Shown: one piece after another, positions 1 through 9,143 of the stretch
Position numbering within the stretch: position 1 is the first letter of the stretch
Layout of the letters: each line of letters opens with the position of its first letter
From: an uncultured Deinococcaceae bacterium
GTDB lineage: Bacteria; Deinococcota; Deinococci; Deinococcales; Deinococcaceae
Assembly: GCA_964252075.1 (NCBI GenBank)
Contig: CAXULY010000027.1
Span: 1 to 64,000 of the forward strand
Direction: 5' to 3'
DNA: 64,000 nucleotides
Program-made: the position numbers and the translations under genes
Notes under the pieces: generated by a model
What the model was told of the DNA's origin: nothing
The model's input: only the letters and a program-made list of their open reading frames with translations
The model's database searches: none

Positions 1-2
1 AC

Positions 3-101
3 TTCAACACGACCGCGCAGACCATCACCGTCAATGTGTCGCGCGCGAGCGGCCTCGCCACGCTCGTGGTGCAGGGCGCCCTGATCGAACTCATCCCGTG
101 A
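3..101 (+). CDS. 3' end of an upstream gene (partial; probably structural)
   Basis: Open frame FNTTAQTITVNVSRASGLATLVVQGALIELIP*. Confidence 0.5.
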   Translation, partial: FNTTAQTITVNVSRASGLATLVVQGALIELIP

Positions 102-225
102 GGCGCCCCGCGCACCACCTGGTGGTCACCGCTCCGGCCTGCACCACCCGCGCACCCCCACCTGCGCGTCACCCTCCGACCCCACGACCCTTCCCTGCCC
201 CGCGCACGTCCAGGAGGCCCTCAAC

Positions 226-603
226 GTGAACACCATCCTGCTGGCCCTCACGCTCGCCGTGGGCGGCGTCCACAACCACACCCAGCCTCCTCCCCAGCCC
301 CAGCCCGCGCCCCTGTGCGCCGTGTGGGCCACCAGCAAACCCAGCCGCGTGTGGGGCCTCGTCAACATCACCGCCACCCTCAAACCCGGCTGCCCCGCGA
401 ACGGCGAGGCGCACGTGGTGCTGATCTCCGACGGCGGCGCCACCGACCCCGTCAACAGTTACCAGGTGCTCACCCCCTGCACGCCCACCACCCGCACCTG
501 CACGTACACCTGGGCGGGCACCCTGCCCCTGCAGGGCTGGCGGCCGTACTGGGAGGCCTGGTCCGGCGCCCGTCATCTCATCCCCGTGGCGAGCCCGCCA
601 TGA
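226..603 (+). CDS. Secreted hypothetical protein
   Basis: AGGAGG RBS, GTG start, N-terminal signal-like segment, four Cys. Confidence 0.7.
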   Translation: MNTILLALTLAVGGVHNHTQPPPQPQPAPLCAVWATSKPSRVWGLVNITATLKPGCPANGEAHVVLISDGGATDPVNSYQVLTPCTPTTRTCTYTWAGTLPLQGWRPYWEAWSGARHLIPVASPP

Positions 604-1079
604 TCGAGGTCCCCGTGCCCAAACCCGGCCACGTCGCGGCCATCGCGGCGTTCCTGTTCCTCAGCAGCGTGGCGCTCGCCGCGTCCGTGCAGGGCCACCC
701 CATGCTGGTGGCCCTCAAGGCCGACCCGGACGGCGGCGTCGCCAGCGCCATCCTCGTCCGGATCTTCTGGGCGGGCCTCGCCGTGCACGCCTTCAACGTC
801 CTGCGGCGCCTCAAGCCCACCACCCGCGTCACCCCCCTCCAGGTCGCCATCTGGCTCGGCGAGGTCGGCATCGGTGGCTTCGTGGCGTACCTGACGGGCG
901 GCGCGTACTACAGCTACGGCCCAGCCGTCACGCCGCTCCAGATGACCCTCGCGGGCCTCGTGGGGGGCTTCATCGGCGCGCAGCTGATCTTCCTGGCGTT
1001 CTGGGCGGCCGGCCGGAAGTTCGGGTTCACCATCACGCCCAAGGACCTCGGGGAAGGCGGTGGTGACGGTGGGGCATGA
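600..1079 (+). CDS. Multi-pass membrane protein, holin candidate
   Basis: ATGA overlap with the upstream gene; about 4 hydrophobic segments; upstream of the endolysin. Confidence 0.6.
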   Translation: MIEVPVPKPGHVAAIAAFLFLSSVALAASVQGHPMLVALKADPDGGVASAILVRIFWAGLAVHAFNVLRRLKPTTRVTPLQVAIWLGEVGIGGFVAYLTGGAYYSYGPAVTPLQMTLAGLVGGFIGAQLIFLAFWAAGRKFGFTITPKDLGEGGGDGGA

Positions 1080-1437
1080 CGCCTTCTGGATCGTCGTGCA
1101 GCAGTTCGTCGCGGACCTGCTGGCGTTCACGCAGCGTGAATTCATCACGGAAGGCCTCATCCCGGTGGGCGGCGAGCAGTTCAGCTTCTGGACGTACCTG
1201 CTGCCGCTCGTGACGCTGTTCTTCGCGGGCATCCGGCAGTTCGGCAGCCGCCGCTGGCTGCTTGGGCTGATTTTCCTGGGCATCACGGTGTACCTCGTCC
1301 ACAACCGCCTGACGACCTTCAAGCAGCCGCACGCCACCCTCGCCAGCACGCTCGGCAACGCGTTCTTCCTGCTGCTGGGCCTGCTGTACCTGCTGCCGCC
1401 CGCGTGGCGGCACCGCGTCCTCGGGGTGGAGCGCTGA
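1060..1437 (+). CDS. Membrane protein (about 3 TM)
   Basis: Hydrophobic segments; coupled to neighbouring genes. Confidence 0.65.
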   Translation: MVTVGHDAFWIVVQQFVADLLAFTQREFITEGLIPVGGEQFSFWTYLLPLVTLFFAGIRQFGSRRWLLGLIFLGITVYLVHNRLTTFKQPHATLASTLGNAFFLLLGLLYLLPPAWRHRVLGVER

Positions 1438-1469
1438 TGCTGCCCCACCCACCACCGGAGGTCTTATCG

Positions 1470-1826
1470 ATGCACCTGGAACCCTGGCTCGGTCACCTGC
1501 TTCACACCCAGCTCGGCGGGGAGTACACGCACTGGGCGACCACCATCGGCCGCGTGAGCGTGCTGCTGTTCGGCATCATCACGCTCTGGGGCGTGCGGCG
1601 CGTGCCGTACCTGCGCGCCGCGCTGCTGATCTGGTGCCTGTGGGTGGCGCTGCAGGCGCTGGACGACCTGCTGACGAACGGCGCGGACCTGCCGTACACC
1701 GTGTACGCCCTGGGCGGTCACCTCACCACGACGCTCATCTTCCTGTTCCTCTCGATCTACGGCCCGCTGATCGCCGAGACGCTGCAGCGGCAGATGCAGG
1801 CCCGGCGCGCCCGGAGGCGTCGGTGA
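1470..1826 (+). CDS. Membrane protein (about 3 TM, basic C-terminus)
   Basis: GGAGG RBS; hydrophobic segments; Arg-rich tail. Confidence 0.65.
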   Translation: MHLEPWLGHLLHTQLGGEYTHWATTIGRVSVLLFGIITLWGVRRVPYLRAALLIWCLWVALQALDDLLTNGADLPYTVYALGGHLTTTLIFLFLSIYGPLIAETLQRQMQARRARRRR

Positions 1827-2116
1827 CGCACGGTCTCCTGATGGGCCTGCTGATTGGAACGCTCCTCGGGGGGTTCCTGATGCCGCTGGCGAGGCGCTCA
1901 GAGTGCCACCCGCCCCGGCAGCGGGTCTTCGATGCCGTGCGCGTCGGATACCACGACCTGCCCGAGATCGCCGCGGCCTCATGCCTGCACCCGGACCGGG
2001 CACAGATCCAGCTCGATGAGCTGGTGCGCTATGGCCTGGTCATCACCCATCCGGACGGCGCGCGCGGCGAGGACGGCCAGTGCGCGCCGTGCTTCTACCT
2101 CCCAGGAGACACATGA
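1823..2116 (+). CDS. Small protein with N-terminal TM helix and wHTH-like segment
   Basis: GTGA overlap; LPEIAAASCLHPDRAQIQLDELVRYGLV resembles a winged HTH. Confidence 0.55.
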   Translation: MTHGLLMGLLIGTLLGGFLMPLARRSECHPPRQRVFDAVRVGYHDLPEIAAASCLHPDRAQIQLDELVRYGLVITHPDGARGEDGQCAPCFYLPGDT

Positions 2117-2835
2117 TGCAGCTGAGTCTGACGGCCGCCGAGCGCAGCACGCTCTCGGCGGCCATGGCGCGCCGCCCGAGGGACGAACTGGCGGCGCTGA
2201 TCAAGGCCTTTGGTGATCCCCGACCGAAGAAAGGCAAGGCCGTTCTGTACGGCGCGGACGCCCTGTGGGCGAGGGCGAACGTAGTGGGCGTCGAGATGCC
2301 GTTCAGCGTGTCCGGCATGCGCGGCGGGCACACCGTGGACGTGCACCGCATCATGGGCCCGGCGCTCCTGATCGCGATGCGGCAGGTGCAGGCCTTTGGG
2401 CTCACGAAGGCGTTCCACACCTGGAATGGGTCGTGGGTCTACCGGTACATCCTCGGCACGAACACCCTCAGCACGCACGCGCTCGCCGTTGGGTTCGACA
2501 TGAACGCCGCGACGAACCGCCAGGGCACGCCGGGCGACCTGCACCCGCGGGTCGTGGAGATCTTCGAGCAGTGCGGCTTCGTGTGGGGCGGCCGGTGGAG
2601 TCCCGGCCGACAGGACCCGATGCACTTCCAGTGGACGCTCCCGGAGTACGGCACGACCGTGCCCGCCTGGCAGGACGCCGCCGTGAAGGCGCCCGCGAAG
2701 CCGGTGGTCACGCCCAAACCCGTCGCGGCCAGCGCCGGGGAGGTCGTGCGGATTTTTGGGCCGGACGGCCAGCTGATCGGCACCGGCACCCACGTCGCCG
2801 GAACCGACAAGGTGTACGTGAAGGCCCATCTGTGA
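2113..2835 (+). CDS. Endolysin, M15-family Zn peptidase
   Basis: STHALAVGFD (SxHxxxxAxD-like), WGGRW and DPMHFQ motifs; AGGAG RBS. Confidence 0.9.
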   Translation: MMQLSLTAAERSTLSAAMARRPRDELAALIKAFGDPRPKKGKAVLYGADALWARANVVGVEMPFSVSGMRGGHTVDVHRIMGPALLIAMRQVQAFGLTKAFHTWNGSWVYRYILGTNTLSTHALAVGFDMNAATNRQGTPGDLHPRVVEIFEQCGFVWGGRWSPGRQDPMHFQWTLPEYGTTVPAWQDAAVKAPAKPVVTPKPVAASAGEVVRIFGPDGQLIGTGTHVAGTDKVYVKAHL

Positions 2836-3425
2836 CGGGCGCCGTGAAGCAGGTGTGGCAGGTCATCCAGGAGGACAACGCCCACCTCCCGCCGGGCAGG
2901 AACCTGAACACCACCCAATGCCTGCAGCTCAGCGTGCTGATCAAGCGCTGCGCGGCCCTCACGGGCCTCCCCTTAGGGTTCGCCCTCGCGACGCTCGACC
3001 AGGAAAGCCAGTTCTGGCCGCAGGCGCTCAACGACAACGGGCAGCCGGGCAACGTCCTGGCCCAAGACGTGGGCATCGCGCAGCTGCACATCGAGAGCAT
3101 CCTCAACCCGAAGGTGGAGGCGCTCGCCACGCCCGAAGCGGCCGTGCGGTTCGCCCTCGACCCCGCGAAGGCCGTCCAGTACGCCTTTCGCCTGCTCGCG
3201 CAGCACGTGAACGCGGCGAAAACGCACCGCTGGAGCGCGACCGCCGACCCACGCAGCCGCAACCCGTTCTGGACGGCGTGCGTGTTCTACAACAGCGGCG
3301 CCACGGGCGGCGCGCGCGTCATCGAGGCGCACAAGGTGCCCGAACACGCGCACAACGTCGCCACCAAAGAAGTCCGCATCGCCCGAGCACTGAACCTGCC
3401 GAGCGTCATGCAGGACGTTGCGTGA
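2832..3425 (+). CDS. Lytic transglycosylase (SLT-like)
   Basis: QESQFWPQA (catalytic ES), GIAQ and FYNSG motifs. Confidence 0.8.
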   Translation: MTGAVKQVWQVIQEDNAHLPPGRNLNTTQCLQLSVLIKRCAALTGLPLGFALATLDQESQFWPQALNDNGQPGNVLAQDVGIAQLHIESILNPKVEALATPEAAVRFALDPAKAVQYAFRLLAQHVNAAKTHRWSATADPRSRNPFWTACVFYNSGATGGARVIEAHKVPEHAHNVATKEVRIARALNLPSVMQDVA

Positions 3426-3604
3426 CCGACGACCGCAAGCGCCTGAAATCCACCCAGGGCTTCGACCTGCGCCGCCTGTACCGGGACGCGGACGGCGACT
3501 GGTGCCTGCGGCCCACCACAGCCCCAGGAACGCCTCAGGAAGCGCCGGACCCCTCCACCGGCCCGCAGCCCACCACCGAGCGGCCCGCACGGGCCTGGCA
3601 ACGC

Positions 3605-4051
3605 TCAGCGCAGGGCGAAGACGGTCAGGCAGACGTTCGAGGTGGAGTTGTACTTTCCTGGCACCTCCTGCAATTCCAGCAGGTACAGGTAGTTCGGCGT
3701 AAGCGCTGAGGAGTACTGGCGGCTCATCCACTGCCCCACCCGCCACGGGAAGGTGCTGTCCAGGTCGCTGTTCGTGTAGCCCAGCATGCTCTGCTCGTTG
3801 CGGGGACTGGTGCTGGACGTGAACCCGAACGTCCGCACGAACTTGAAGCGCGCCTGCTTCACCGCCGGGTACGCCGCGCGGGCGTTGTCGTACGCGCGCC
3901 CATCGCAAAACGGCGTGGCCTGCTCCTCCCAGCCGCGGTGCACCGCCAGCGCGTAGGTCACGCCGCTGGGCGTCTGCGCGGCGGGTGGGGGGGTCAGCTG
4001 AGCGCCGGCCACGCCCGCCAGCAGCAGCACGGAAGCGAGAAACAACCTCAT
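3605..4051 (-). CDS. Secreted hypothetical protein in opposite orientation (moron-like)
   Basis: Signal peptide MRLFLASVLLLAGVAGA. Confidence 0.75.
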   Translation of the reverse strand: MRLFLASVLLLAGVAGAQLTPPPAAQTPSGVTYALAVHRGWEEQATPFCDGRAYDNARAAYPAVKQARFKFVRTFGFTSSTSPRNEQSMLGYTNSDLDSTFPWRVGQWMSRQYSSALTPNYLYLLELQEVPGKYNSTSNVCLTVFALR

Positions 4052-4138
4052 GCCCCCTTCTAGCACGCGGCCATCCGCGCGCCCGCCTCAAAACCGCCTT
4101 GACCCACTTGGCCCCATTGCGGGCCTGACAGGAGCGCC

Positions 4139-4915
4139 ATGACCCGAACCGACACCCCCACGCCCCACTTCGTGCCCGGCCTCGTCCCCGACCCGTATGA
4201 TCCCCGCGACCACGTGCTCGAGGTGAGTGAGGTCGCCGCGAAGCGCTCGCCCCCAACCTATGACCTCACCCGGAAGTTCCCACCGCTCCCGGAGCAGGGC
4301 CGCCTGGGGTGCTGCGGCCCGCATTCCGGCACCACCGCCCTGCAGTACGCCGAGCAGCAGAAGGGCCGCGGCCTGGGCAGTGAACGCATGTCGCGCCTGG
4401 CCTTGTACGTGCAGACGCGCATCCAGATGGGCACCATCAACGTGGACAGCGGCGTGAACCTCCGCACCATGCTCAAGGTCATGGCGGACCAGGGCGCGCC
4501 GCCCGAGCACCTGTGGCCGTACGAGATCTCGAAGTTCCGCACGGTGCCGCCCGCGAACGTCCTCGCGCAGGGCCTCGACCACCAGGTGCTGCAGTACAAG
4601 CGCGTCGAGCAGACCCAGACGGCCATCATGGCGGCGATCAGCGGCGGCACGCCCCTCATCCTCGGCGTGGCGGTCTACCAGTCGTTTGAGAGCCTCGACG
4701 CAGCGCGCACTGGGAACATCCCCGTCCCCTTGGGCGGTGAGCCGCTGCTGGGCGGTCACGCGATCCTCGCGGGCGGGTACGACGAGGAGGGCGTGGTGTT
4801 CGCCAACTGGTGGGGTAAAGACTGGGGCCGCCAGGGCTACGGCAAGCTGCCGTGGGCCTACATCCTCAACCCCAAACTCACCTACGACCTCTGGGCGCTG
4901 CTGCTCGTCGAGTAG
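4139..4915 (+). CDS. Papain-like C1 cysteine peptidase
   Basis: QGRLGCC (Gln/Cys), GGHAILAGGYD (His), ANWWG (Asn) and WGRQGY motifs. Confidence 0.9.
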   Translation: MTRTDTPTPHFVPGLVPDPYDPRDHVLEVSEVAAKRSPPTYDLTRKFPPLPEQGRLGCCGPHSGTTALQYAEQQKGRGLGSERMSRLALYVQTRIQMGTINVDSGVNLRTMLKVMADQGAPPEHLWPYEISKFRTVPPANVLAQGLDHQVLQYKRVEQTQTAIMAAISGGTPLILGVAVYQSFESLDAARTGNIPVPLGGEPLLGGHAILAGGYDEEGVVFANWWGKDWGRQGYGKLPWAYILNPKLTYDLWALLLVE

Positions 4916-4966
4916 GCCCACGGCAAGCAAAGATCATCAAACGCCGGCAAAGCATCAAGCAACAGG

Positions 4967-4993
4967 ACCCGCGCTCAGCGCGGGTTTCTTATT
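4967..4993 (+). terminator. Intrinsic terminator
   Basis: ACCCGCGCT/AGCGCGGGT inverted repeat followed by a T-rich run. Confidence 0.7.
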
Positions 4994-5052
4994 GCTTCCC
5001 CTCAGTCACTACAGGTTCAACGCAAGCAATTCACACCGCCCCTGGAGGCCGT

Positions 5053-5667
5053 ATGCACGCACGCACCACCGTCCGCTCCGCACTCCTCACCTCTCCCCTG
5101 CTCGCCTGGCTGGGTGTCTTCGCGCTGCTGCTGCGCGGCACGCAGGCGCACGCGCAATCCCTCCTCTCGCAGGAGCAGCTCAGCGCCTGGGGGCACAACG
5201 TCTTCGCGTGCTTCCCCGTCGTCGCGGCGATCGTCGCGATGATCAAGCGGGGCCTCGAGCAGGAGAAGGCCCTGCTGCCGAACTGGCTGGCCGTCGCGCG
5301 CGTCCGGTACTGGTTCTGGTGGGCGGTGGCGCTCGCCGTGTCGCTGGCCCTCGCCTTCAGCCTGTGGTCCGGCGGGTACGGTGGGCAGCTGTTCCTGTAC
5401 CACGTGACGGGCGTGTGGGCGGTCCTGGAGTTCGCCGTCGCGCTGACGTTCCTCGCGTCGGGCGGCATGGCGCTGCTGCTGCAGCTGCTCGAGAACCTCG
5501 GGGTGGGCGGCGCGCCGCGCGTGGCCTCCGCGGTCGCGCCGAACGCCAGCACGCAGGTGGTCGCGGACAACGTGGAGATCCATGATCACGAAGGCCCGGC
5601 CGCCGCGACCGTCGCCCGGCAGGTCGTGGCGGAGGTGGAGGCGCACCTGCAGGCCCGCGACCAGTGA
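5053..5667 (+). CDS. Membrane protein, holin-like
   Basis: GGAGG RBS; about 4 hydrophobic segments. Confidence 0.65.
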   Translation: MHARTTVRSALLTSPLLAWLGVFALLLRGTQAHAQSLLSQEQLSAWGHNVFACFPVVAAIVAMIKRGLEQEKALLPNWLAVARVRYWFWWAVALAVSLALAFSLWSGGYGGQLFLYHVTGVWAVLEFAVALTFLASGGMALLLQLLENLGVGGAPRVASAVAPNASTQVVADNVEIHDHEGPAAATVARQVVAEVEAHLQARDQ

Positions 5668-6317
5668 CGCCGCCCGACGCGCGCGGGTACCCGCTGGTGG
5701 TCGTGACGCCCACGGACCGCTTCCGCGTGACCCTGCGTCGGTACCGCGCGGGGGATTGGCCGGTCAGCAACGTCGAGGTGGAGGTGGGCGAGGTCGTGAT
5801 GCAGGGCGCGCCGTATGACGGGACGGGCGTGATGGCGGACGCCGCGTACCCCACCGACGACCCCCGCTGGCCCAGCGTTGCCGCGGACGGTGTGGCGTTC
5901 CTGGACACCGATGAGCGGCAGGTCAACTACGACCGCCTGTGGCGGCTGCCGGACGGCACCGCCGAGAGCCTGAAGGGCCTTCCTGCAGGCGCGTGCTTTG
6001 AGGCCGCGCAGGGTGACCACTGGGGGGAGTCGTACCGGATCTCCCGGCAGTACCGCGAGCAGCACCAGGCGAGTCGCGGCGTGTACGTGATCAAGCTGCC
6101 GGGCAGTGCGCACCACTGGTTCAGCCCGGACTGGGCGTGCGGCCGCCCGGACGGCAACCCGGAGCGCGACGGCTGGACGGTCACCGGCACCCTGCCGCTG
6201 ATCAGCGCCAGCCCAAGCGTGAACTCGCACGGCGAGGGCGGCTGGCACGGCTGGATCGGCGTGAACGGCACCCCGCCCGGCTTCCTCTCCCGCGACCTCG
6301 ACGGCCGCCCGTACTAA
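5664..6317 (+). CDS. Hypothetical protein with DUF6527-like C-terminus
   Basis: GWTVTGTLPLISASPSV...WHGWI pattern. Confidence 0.5.
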   Translation: MTPPDARGYPLVVVTPTDRFRVTLRRYRAGDWPVSNVEVEVGEVVMQGAPYDGTGVMADAAYPTDDPRWPSVAADGVAFLDTDERQVNYDRLWRLPDGTAESLKGLPAGACFEAAQGDHWGESYRISRQYREQHQASRGVYVIKLPGSAHHWFSPDWACGRPDGNPERDGWTVTGTLPLISASPSVNSHGEGGWHGWIGVNGTPPGFLSRDLDGRPY

Positions 6318-6329
6318 AGGAGGGTCTTC

Positions 6330-6665
6330 ATGCAGAGCCTCAACCAGATCACGGACGGGAACGGCAAGGCCATCCCCGTCCTGCCCCTCTCGGACTACCG
6401 CAACCACCACATCACGCCCGGCGGCCAGGCCCTGCAGATCCCGACCGGCGCGCGGTTCGTGCGCGTCACGGCCTTCGCCGCGGAGGTGTGGCTGCGCTTC
6501 GGCACCACGAACGACATCACGGCCGCCGCGCCCACCGGCGCCATTGTGGACGGCAGCGCGCCCGCGTACCTGCCGGCCTTCGCCGCGGAGATGTACGCCC
6601 TGAACGCCAGCCGGTTCGTGGCGCTCATCAGCGCGGGGAACGTCCTCGTGGAGTACTTCGGATGA
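6330..6665 (+). CDS. Small beta-rich virion or adapter protein
   Basis: AGGAGG RBS; directly upstream of the tail-fibre genes. Confidence 0.6.
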   Translation: MQSLNQITDGNGKAIPVLPLSDYRNHHITPGGQALQIPTGARFVRVTAFAAEVWLRFGTTNDITAAAPTGAIVDGSAPAYLPAFAAEMYALNASRFVALISAGNVLVEYFG

Positions 6666-9061
6666 CCCTCGGCAGCCGCCCGGGCAAGACCCCAGGGGGC
6701 GGCGGCCTGGACGCGGACGGCGCGGCGCAGCAGCTGGCGGGCGTGCCCAGCAAGGCCGCACTCGACGCGCGCGGCGGCCTCGCCCCGATCGGCACGCGCA
6801 TCGACGTGCGCCGGTACGCCGCATGCGACGGCATCACAGACGACGCGGCAGGCTGGGCGGCCGCCATCGCGGCCTGTGCGGGCATCACCCGCCCCATTCT
6901 ATGGCTCGCGCCCGGCGCGAACAGCCGCGTCACGGGCGGCGTCAGCGTGCCCGCAAACATCGGCGTCCACATGGAAGCGGACCTGATCTATGCGGGTCCG
7001 CCGGGGCAGACGGCGCTGCGCATCGGGGAGGACGCCACCGGCACGCGGCACGTCGCGTTCGAGCTGCGCGTCATCCGGAACGCCACCGACTGGACGCAGG
7101 GCAACGCCAACCCGCGCCTCGCGGCTGACATTGGCATCGAGCTGGTCAACATGCAGTGGTGCCCCATCAGCGTGCGCCGCGTGAACGGCTTCGCGGTGGG
7201 CGTCAAGGCCTGGGGGAAGGCGGGCAAGGGCTTCGCGTACAACCAGGTGCAGCTGCACTTCCTGAACAACTGCCAGGTCGGCCTGCTGCTCGACCGCTCG
7301 GGTGGCGGCTTCACCAACGAGAACAACTTCCACGGCGGGGCGTTCCAGGTGTTCGACCAGGCGCAGGACGCCCTGAACCGGTACGGCATCTGGATCACCG
7401 GGGACAGCAGCAGCAGCGTGAACAACGCCAACCGCTTCTGGGGCCCCGCGTTCGAGCTGCAGAGCACGCAGGTGGCGAAAGCCAATGACTGCGTGCCCGT
7501 GGTGATCGAGCACGGCTTCTTCAACATCGTGCACAACGCGCGCTGCGAGTCGAACGAGGTGACCGGGCCGCTGTCCGTCTTCGCGCGGACCCTCAACCAG
7601 GCCTCCTGGAATGAGTTCAGCCTCGCCTGGGAATATTACCCGGAGGGCGAGACGGTCCTGCAGCAGCAGGGCGCGTTCCAGACGAACTCACTGACCATCC
7701 CGCGCGAGCGGTTCCGGCGGCAGCCCTCGCTGGTGTTCGCGAGCGGCAACCTCGCGCGCAAGGCCGTCGCCTACGACGGTGCGGGCAAGGTGAACGTGGC
7801 GGGGGTGCTGCACCAGCGGTACAACAACGCGCCGCTGCCTTACCTCGACGGCGCCCTCAGCACCGTCACGGTCGGGGCGGACGAACTGACGCTCGACGCG
7901 GCGTACGGCGTGGGCATCAACATCGACAGCCGCACCGTCAAGCGCTTCGTCATCAAGCGGAACGTGAACCCCACGAACCCGGGCCGCGTCACGGTGCAGT
8001 GCTTCGACGCGGCGGGCGCGCAGCTCACCGAGGCGGACGGCGGGACCACGTACTGCAGCGGCGAGCGCGACAAGGCCCTGCCGTTCAGCGCGGCGTGGGG
8101 TGGGTACCGCCTCGGGAACAACAGGGGCGGCGACGTCTTCTTCGCGGTCTCCGCGGCCGTGGCGAGCGTGCGGGTGCTGTGCACGGGCGGCGGCACGAGC
8201 GGCAACGCTGCGGACAACCTCGTCATTCGGGACTTCAGCGTGCTGGGCCTCGACGCGGGCGCCGCGGGCACCTGGACGGGTCTCGGGGACCACGGCGGGC
8301 AGAACCTCGCCACGCAGGCGCCCACCAGCGGCACGCACCTGCGCGGCACCGTGGTGTGGAGTGACAGCCTCGGCACCGGCAACGTGCTCGGCTGGATCTG
8401 CCAGACCGCCGGGACGCCCGGCACATGGGTGCCGTTCGGGCAGATGGCGGACGGCCTCACCAGCAAGCGCCTGGGCGCCACGAGTGGCGGCACGTACAGC
8501 GGTAACCTCCTGCTCAGCCCCGCGGACGCCGGACCGTACCTGAGCTTCTTCTCGGGCCTCACCGAGAAGGCCAGCGTGCGCGCCGACGCCAACACCGGCG
8601 CGCTCAGCCTGTACTACACGGGCGGCGGCTTCAACGTGTACGCCGCCACCGCCAACGCGGGCGGGTCGCTGTCCTCGCCGTCTTTGGCCCTCGAGGTGAA
8701 CGGCGCCGGGTACACCCGCGTCTGGAAGGCCCTGGTGACGCCCACCAGCAACACCCAGGCCCTGAACGCCGCCACGCAGACCCTCAGCGCGAACGCCGCG
8801 GCCATCAAGGTCACCACGACCGCCGCGCTGACCCTCACCAGCGCCCCCACCATCACCGACGGGGTGGACGGCCAGCTGGTGCGCATCCTGAACGTCGGCA
8901 CGAACGCCCTCACCCTGCAGGACCAGAACACGCTCGCGGCCAGCAACCTGCGCCTCACGGCCGCCACGGTGACCCTCGCGCCCCGCCAGAGCCTCGAGCT
9001 GATGTTCAGCTCGACGATCGGCGACTGGGTGCAGGTCAGCAACCTCGTCGCCGTCCTCTGA
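6662..9061 (+). CDS. Tail spike/fibre with pectate-lyase-like beta-helix
   Basis: DVRRYAACDGITDDAAGWAAAI beta-helix cap; Asn/Gly-rich repeats; GWICQTAGTPGTW. Confidence 0.8.
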   Translation: MTLGSRPGKTPGGGGLDADGAAQQLAGVPSKAALDARGGLAPIGTRIDVRRYAACDGITDDAAGWAAAIAACAGITRPILWLAPGANSRVTGGVSVPANIGVHMEADLIYAGPPGQTALRIGEDATGTRHVAFELRVIRNATDWTQGNANPRLAADIGIELVNMQWCPISVRRVNGFAVGVKAWGKAGKGFAYNQVQLHFLNNCQVGLLLDRSGGGFTNENNFHGGAFQVFDQAQDALNRYGIWITGDSSSSVNNANRFWGPAFELQSTQVAKANDCVPVVIEHGFFNIVHNARCESNEVTGPLSVFARTLNQASWNEFSLAWEYYPEGETVLQQQGAFQTNSLTIPRERFRRQPSLVFASGNLARKAVAYDGAGKVNVAGVLHQRYNNAPLPYLDGALSTVTVGADELTLDAAYGVGINIDSRTVKRFVIKRNVNPTNPGRVTVQCFDAAGAQLTEADGGTTYCSGERDKALPFSAAWGGYRLGNNRGGDVFFAVSAAVASVRVLCTGGGTSGNAADNLVIRDFSVLGLDAGAAGTWTGLGDHGGQNLATQAPTSGTHLRGTVVWSDSLGTGNVLGWICQTAGTPGTWVPFGQMADGLTSKRLGATSGGTYSGNLLLSPADAGPYLSFFSGLTEKASVRADANTGALSLYYTGGGFNVYAATANAGGSLSSPSLALEVNGAGYTRVWKALVTPTSNTQALNAATQTLSANAAAIKVTTTAALTLTSAPTITDGVDGQLVRILNVGTNALTLQDQNTLAASNLRLTAATVTLAPRQSLELMFSSTIGDWVQVSNLVAVL

Positions 9062-9143
9062 GCCGCGGCTCGGAGCGCCCCAGAGAGGTGAACATGAACG
9101 CACGCACCCTGATTCCGCCCCACGGGCGCGGAAGGACCCCCTC

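Noticed and set aside
3422..3709. Plus-strand ORF after the transglycosylase
   Set aside because: Overlaps the convergent secreted-protein gene by about 100 nt and is low complexity; at most a remnant
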